In this document: in pieces, positions 62,591-64,000 of the stretch
How the letters are laid out: the number at the start of each line of letters is the position of its first letter
How positions within the stretch are numbered: the first letter of the stretch is position 1
Origin: Macrostomum lignano
Taxonomy: Eukaryota
Direction of reading: 5' to 3'
Length of the DNA: 64,000 nucleotides
NCBI GenBank assembly: GCA_002269645.1
Contig: NIVC01001758.1
Span: 232,285 to 296,284 of the forward strand
Translations under genes and position numbers: made by a program
The notes under the pieces: model-generated
Databases searched by the model: none
Seen by the model: the letters and a program-made list of their open reading frames with translations, nothing else
Told to the model about the DNA's origin: nothing

Positions 62591-62994
62591 GAGTAATAGT
62601 ATGTCGTAAAATTTTAAAGGTGTTATACTTTGTGTGCACGTCTTCATGAATACAGCATTTACTGCCATGTCTTATATAGATTTTTTATCACTTGAATTAA
62701 AATCAAATTTTGCGCATGCTTTCATTCTGTTGCATGATGTGTAGTAACTGCTACTAGTAATAAAATATATCATTTTAAAGATTTTCCGTTTTATTGGTTG
62801 ATTGCTAGCGAGTAATTATCACTCTTCTATGCAGTGTAGATTTCAATAGTAAAATATGCGATAGCATTTTTCTCTTCTCCTTTTCATTGAGGCTATAGTT
62901 CAAATGAAACTAGCTGGAGTTAGTACACAAAATCAAACTCCATGGATTCAGGATATGGAGGTCTGTCCGTAAGACAGAGCTGTAATCGAAAATA

Positions 62995-63745
62995 GGACTG
63001 GGACCTACAGTCGGAACCCATGACCTACAGTCAGGACCTAGGACCTACAGTCGGAATCTAGGACCTACAGTCGGGATCTAGGACCTACAGTCGGGACCTA
63101 GGACGTACAGTTGGGATCTAGGACCTACAGTCGGGACCTAGGACGTACAGTTGCGATCTAGGACCTACAGTCGAGATCTAGGACCTACAGTCGGGACCTA
63201 GGACCTACGGTGGGGATCTAGGACCTACAGTCGGGATCTAGGACCTACGATGGGGATCTAGGACCTACAGTCGGGACCTAGGACCTACGGTGGGGATCTA
63301 GGACCTACAGTTGGGATCCAGGACCTACAGTCGGGACCTAGGACCTACAGTCGGGACCTAGGACCTACGGTGGGGACCTAGGACCTACAGTCGGGACCTA
63401 GGACCCACGGTGGGGATCTAGGACCTACAGTCGGGACCTAGGACCTAAAATCGGGACCTAGGACCTACAGTCGGGACCTAGGACCTACGGTGGGGACCTA
63501 GGACCTACAATCGGGACCTAGGACCTACAGTCGGGACCTAGAACCTACAGTCGGGACCTAGGACCCACGGTGGGGATCTAGGACCTACAGTCGGGACATA
63601 GGACCTACAGTCGGGATCTAGGACCTACAGTCGGGACCTAGGACCTACAGTCGGGACCTTGGACCTACGGTGGGGATCTAGGACCTACAGTCGGGACCTA
63701 GGACCTACAGTCGGGACCTAAAACCTACGGTGGGGATCTAGGACA
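62995..63745. repeat. Minisatellite, 20-bp unit
   Basis: GGACCTACAGTCGGGA(C/T)CTA repeats ending 65 nt before the UAP1 ATG. Confidence 0.97.
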
Positions 63746-63809
63746 GCCTGAGTTTATCAAGTCGCGAATCGATGATTGCTAAAACTTGCATGCGCAAAGT
63801 CCATCGAGC

Positions 63810-64000
63810 ATGTCAGCAGCAGCAGCCGATGCCTCCTCGGACGAAGCCAGACTCGAACGAGTCCGCCGCCAACTGTCCGACGCCGGCCAGCTGCACCTCC
63901 TTGACGGCTGGCCGAGCCTATCCGGCGAGCAGCGGGTTCGGCTGCTTCGTCAACTCGAACGAATCGACTGGCCGGGCTTGTCCGCCGCTGTCCGAGCTGT
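63810..64000 (+). CDS. UAP1: UDP-N-acetylhexosamine pyrophosphorylase, N-terminus (3'-partial)
   Basis: MSAAAADASSDEARLERVRRQLSDAGQLHLLDGWPSLSGEQRVRLLRQLERIDW matches the UAP1/AGX N-terminal pattern L..AGQ.HLL..W..L...Q...L..QL..ID. Confidence 0.78.
   Translation, partial: MSAAAADASSDEARLERVRRQLSDAGQLHLLDGWPSLSGEQRVRLLRQLERIDWPGLSAAVRA

Noticed and set aside
14020-63745. Hammerhead ribozymes in satellite units
   Set aside because: No CTGANGA...GAAA core with flanking stems was found in any unit by eye.

Overview
Eukaryotic (invertebrate animal) genomic DNA with spliceosomal GT-AG introns. The GC-rich large exons, intronic minisatellites and 1-bp deletion errors resemble a Macrostomum-like flatworm long-read assembly; that taxon is an inference. 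Gene order: axonemal dynein heavy chain DNAH7 (+, 5'-truncated, with a cluster of apparent 1-bp deletions at ~1.26-2.61 kb), SIRT1 (-), DNAJC12 (+, head-to-head with SIRT1), a CNOT6/CCR4-like deadenylase (-, no visible LRRs), initiator tRNA-Met (-), a transposon cluster at ~43.5-50.3 kb (two Merlin/IS1595-like elements, a hAT-like element, MITEs), then ARPC1, a DNAJC4/DnaJ-60-like gene and the start of UAP1 (all +). About 20 distinct tandem arrays cover ~11.5 kb, and three tRNA-derived SINE copies lie in introns. Main leads: a spliced-leader-like small RNA candidate at ~35.13 kb; a duplicated CCR4 exon with 9 synonymous and 1 non-synonymous change; a CpG plus CpA->TpA mutation signature in transposon inverted repeats; SIRT1-DNAJC12 microsynteny shared with human; and a possible trans-spliced operon. 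All alignments and counts were done by eye.
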